NCBI GenBank assembly: GCA_012295275.1 | Contig: CM022677.1 | Span: forward strand, 5,518,001 to 5,582,000 | DNA from: Chrysomallon squamiferum | Taxonomy: Eukaryota; Animalia; Mollusca | Direction of reading: 5' to 3' | DNA: 64,000 nt | Shown: positions 63,001 to 64,000 of the stretch, piece by piece | Position numbering within the stretch: the stretch's first letter is position 1 | Layout of the letters: each line of letters begins with the position of its first letter | Program-made: the position numbers and the translations under genes | Notes under the pieces: model-generated | Databases searched by the model: none | Seen by the model: only the letters and a program-made list of their open reading frames with translations | Told to the model about the DNA's origin: nothing

Positions 63001-64000
63001 ACATTTGTAATACTGTTACTATTCAGATGTTTTACATCACACATCCAGTGCTAGTTAACAGACTCAGTGATTGGTAAGTAAACTGTGTGTACATTACATT
63101 TGTAATACTATCAGATGTTTTACATCACACATCCAGTGCTAGTTAACAGACTCAGTGATTGGTAAGTAAACTGTGTGTACATTACATTTGTAATACATTT
63201 GTTACTATCAGATGTTTTACATCACACATCCAGTGCTAGTTAACAGACTCAGTGATTGGTAAGTAAACTGTGTGTACATTACATTTGTAATACATTTGTT
63301 ACTATCAGATGTTTTACATCACACATCCAGTGCTAGTTAACAGACTCAGTGATTGGTAAGTAAACTGTGTGTACATTACATTTGTAATACATTTGTTACT
63401 ATCAGATGTTTTACATCACACATCCAGTGCTAGTTAACAGACTCAGTGATTGGTAAGTAAACTGTGTGTACATTACATTTGTAATACTGTTACTATCAGA
63501 TGTTTTACATCACACATCCAGTGCTAGTTAACAGACTCAGTGATTGGTAAGTAAACTGTGTGTACATTACATTTGTAATACTATCAGATGTTTTACATCA
63601 CACATCCAGTGCTAGTTAACAGACTGAGTGATTGGTAAGTAAACTGTGTGTACATTACATTTGTAATACTGTTACTATCAGATGTTTTACATCACACATC
63701 CAGTGCTAGTTAACAGACTCAGTGATTGATTGGTAAGTAAACTGTGTACATTACATTTTGTGTACATTACATACTGTTACTATCAGATGTTTTACATCAC
63801 ACATCCAGTGCTAGTTAACAGACTGAGTGATTGGTAAGTAAACTGTGTGTACATTACATTTGTAATACTGTTACTATCAGATGTTTTACATCACACATCC
63901 AGTGCTAGTTAACAGACTCAGTGATTGGTAAGTAAACTGTGTGTACATTACATTTGTAATTTGTTACTATCAGATGTTTTACATCACACATCCAGTGCTA
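57066..64000 (+). repeat. Satellite of 88-99-bp units (about 70 copies, runs off the window end)
   Basis: Constant core actatcag ATGTTTTACATCACACATCCAGTGCTAGTTAACAGACTCAGTGATTG gtaagtaaactgtgtgtacattacattt plus a length-variable linker. Degenerate at 57066-57420. Confidence 0.99.

Noticed and set aside
57066-64000. CRISPR-like repeat-spacer array
   Set aside because: The linkers are slippage variants of one sequence rather than unique spacers. There are no cas genes and the context is eukaryotic.

Overview
AT-rich, microsatellite-dense animal genomic DNA (mollusc-like, by inference) with one 200-N scaffold gap at 20375-20574. I found no intact protein-coding gene, and the long ORFs in the track are repeat artefacts. 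The window holds a cluster of related multi-exon units that look non-coding: A at about 0.7-6.6 kb (+), B' at 11.8-19.7 kb (-), B at 30.3-39.1 kb (+) and C from 47.5 kb onward (+). They keep GT-AG splice signals, but their reading frames are broken. B and B' are the arms of an approximately 11-12 kb inverted duplication (9569-20374 vs 29587-41610). They are mosaics of decayed cytoplasmic methionyl-tRNA synthetase (MARS1) exons, a MULE transposase fragment and unidentified exons. A decayed SWIM-zinc-finger ORF and a promoter-like site lie between the arms. Tc1 and pogo/Tigger remnants sit in A and C. Three observations stand out: exons differ more than introns between the arms; minisatellites repeatedly sit on or just after 5' splice donors; and a satellite of more than 6.9 kb consists of about 70 units of the form acceptor, 47-nt mini-exon, donor. 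All alignments, translations and counts were done by eye and need computational confirmation.
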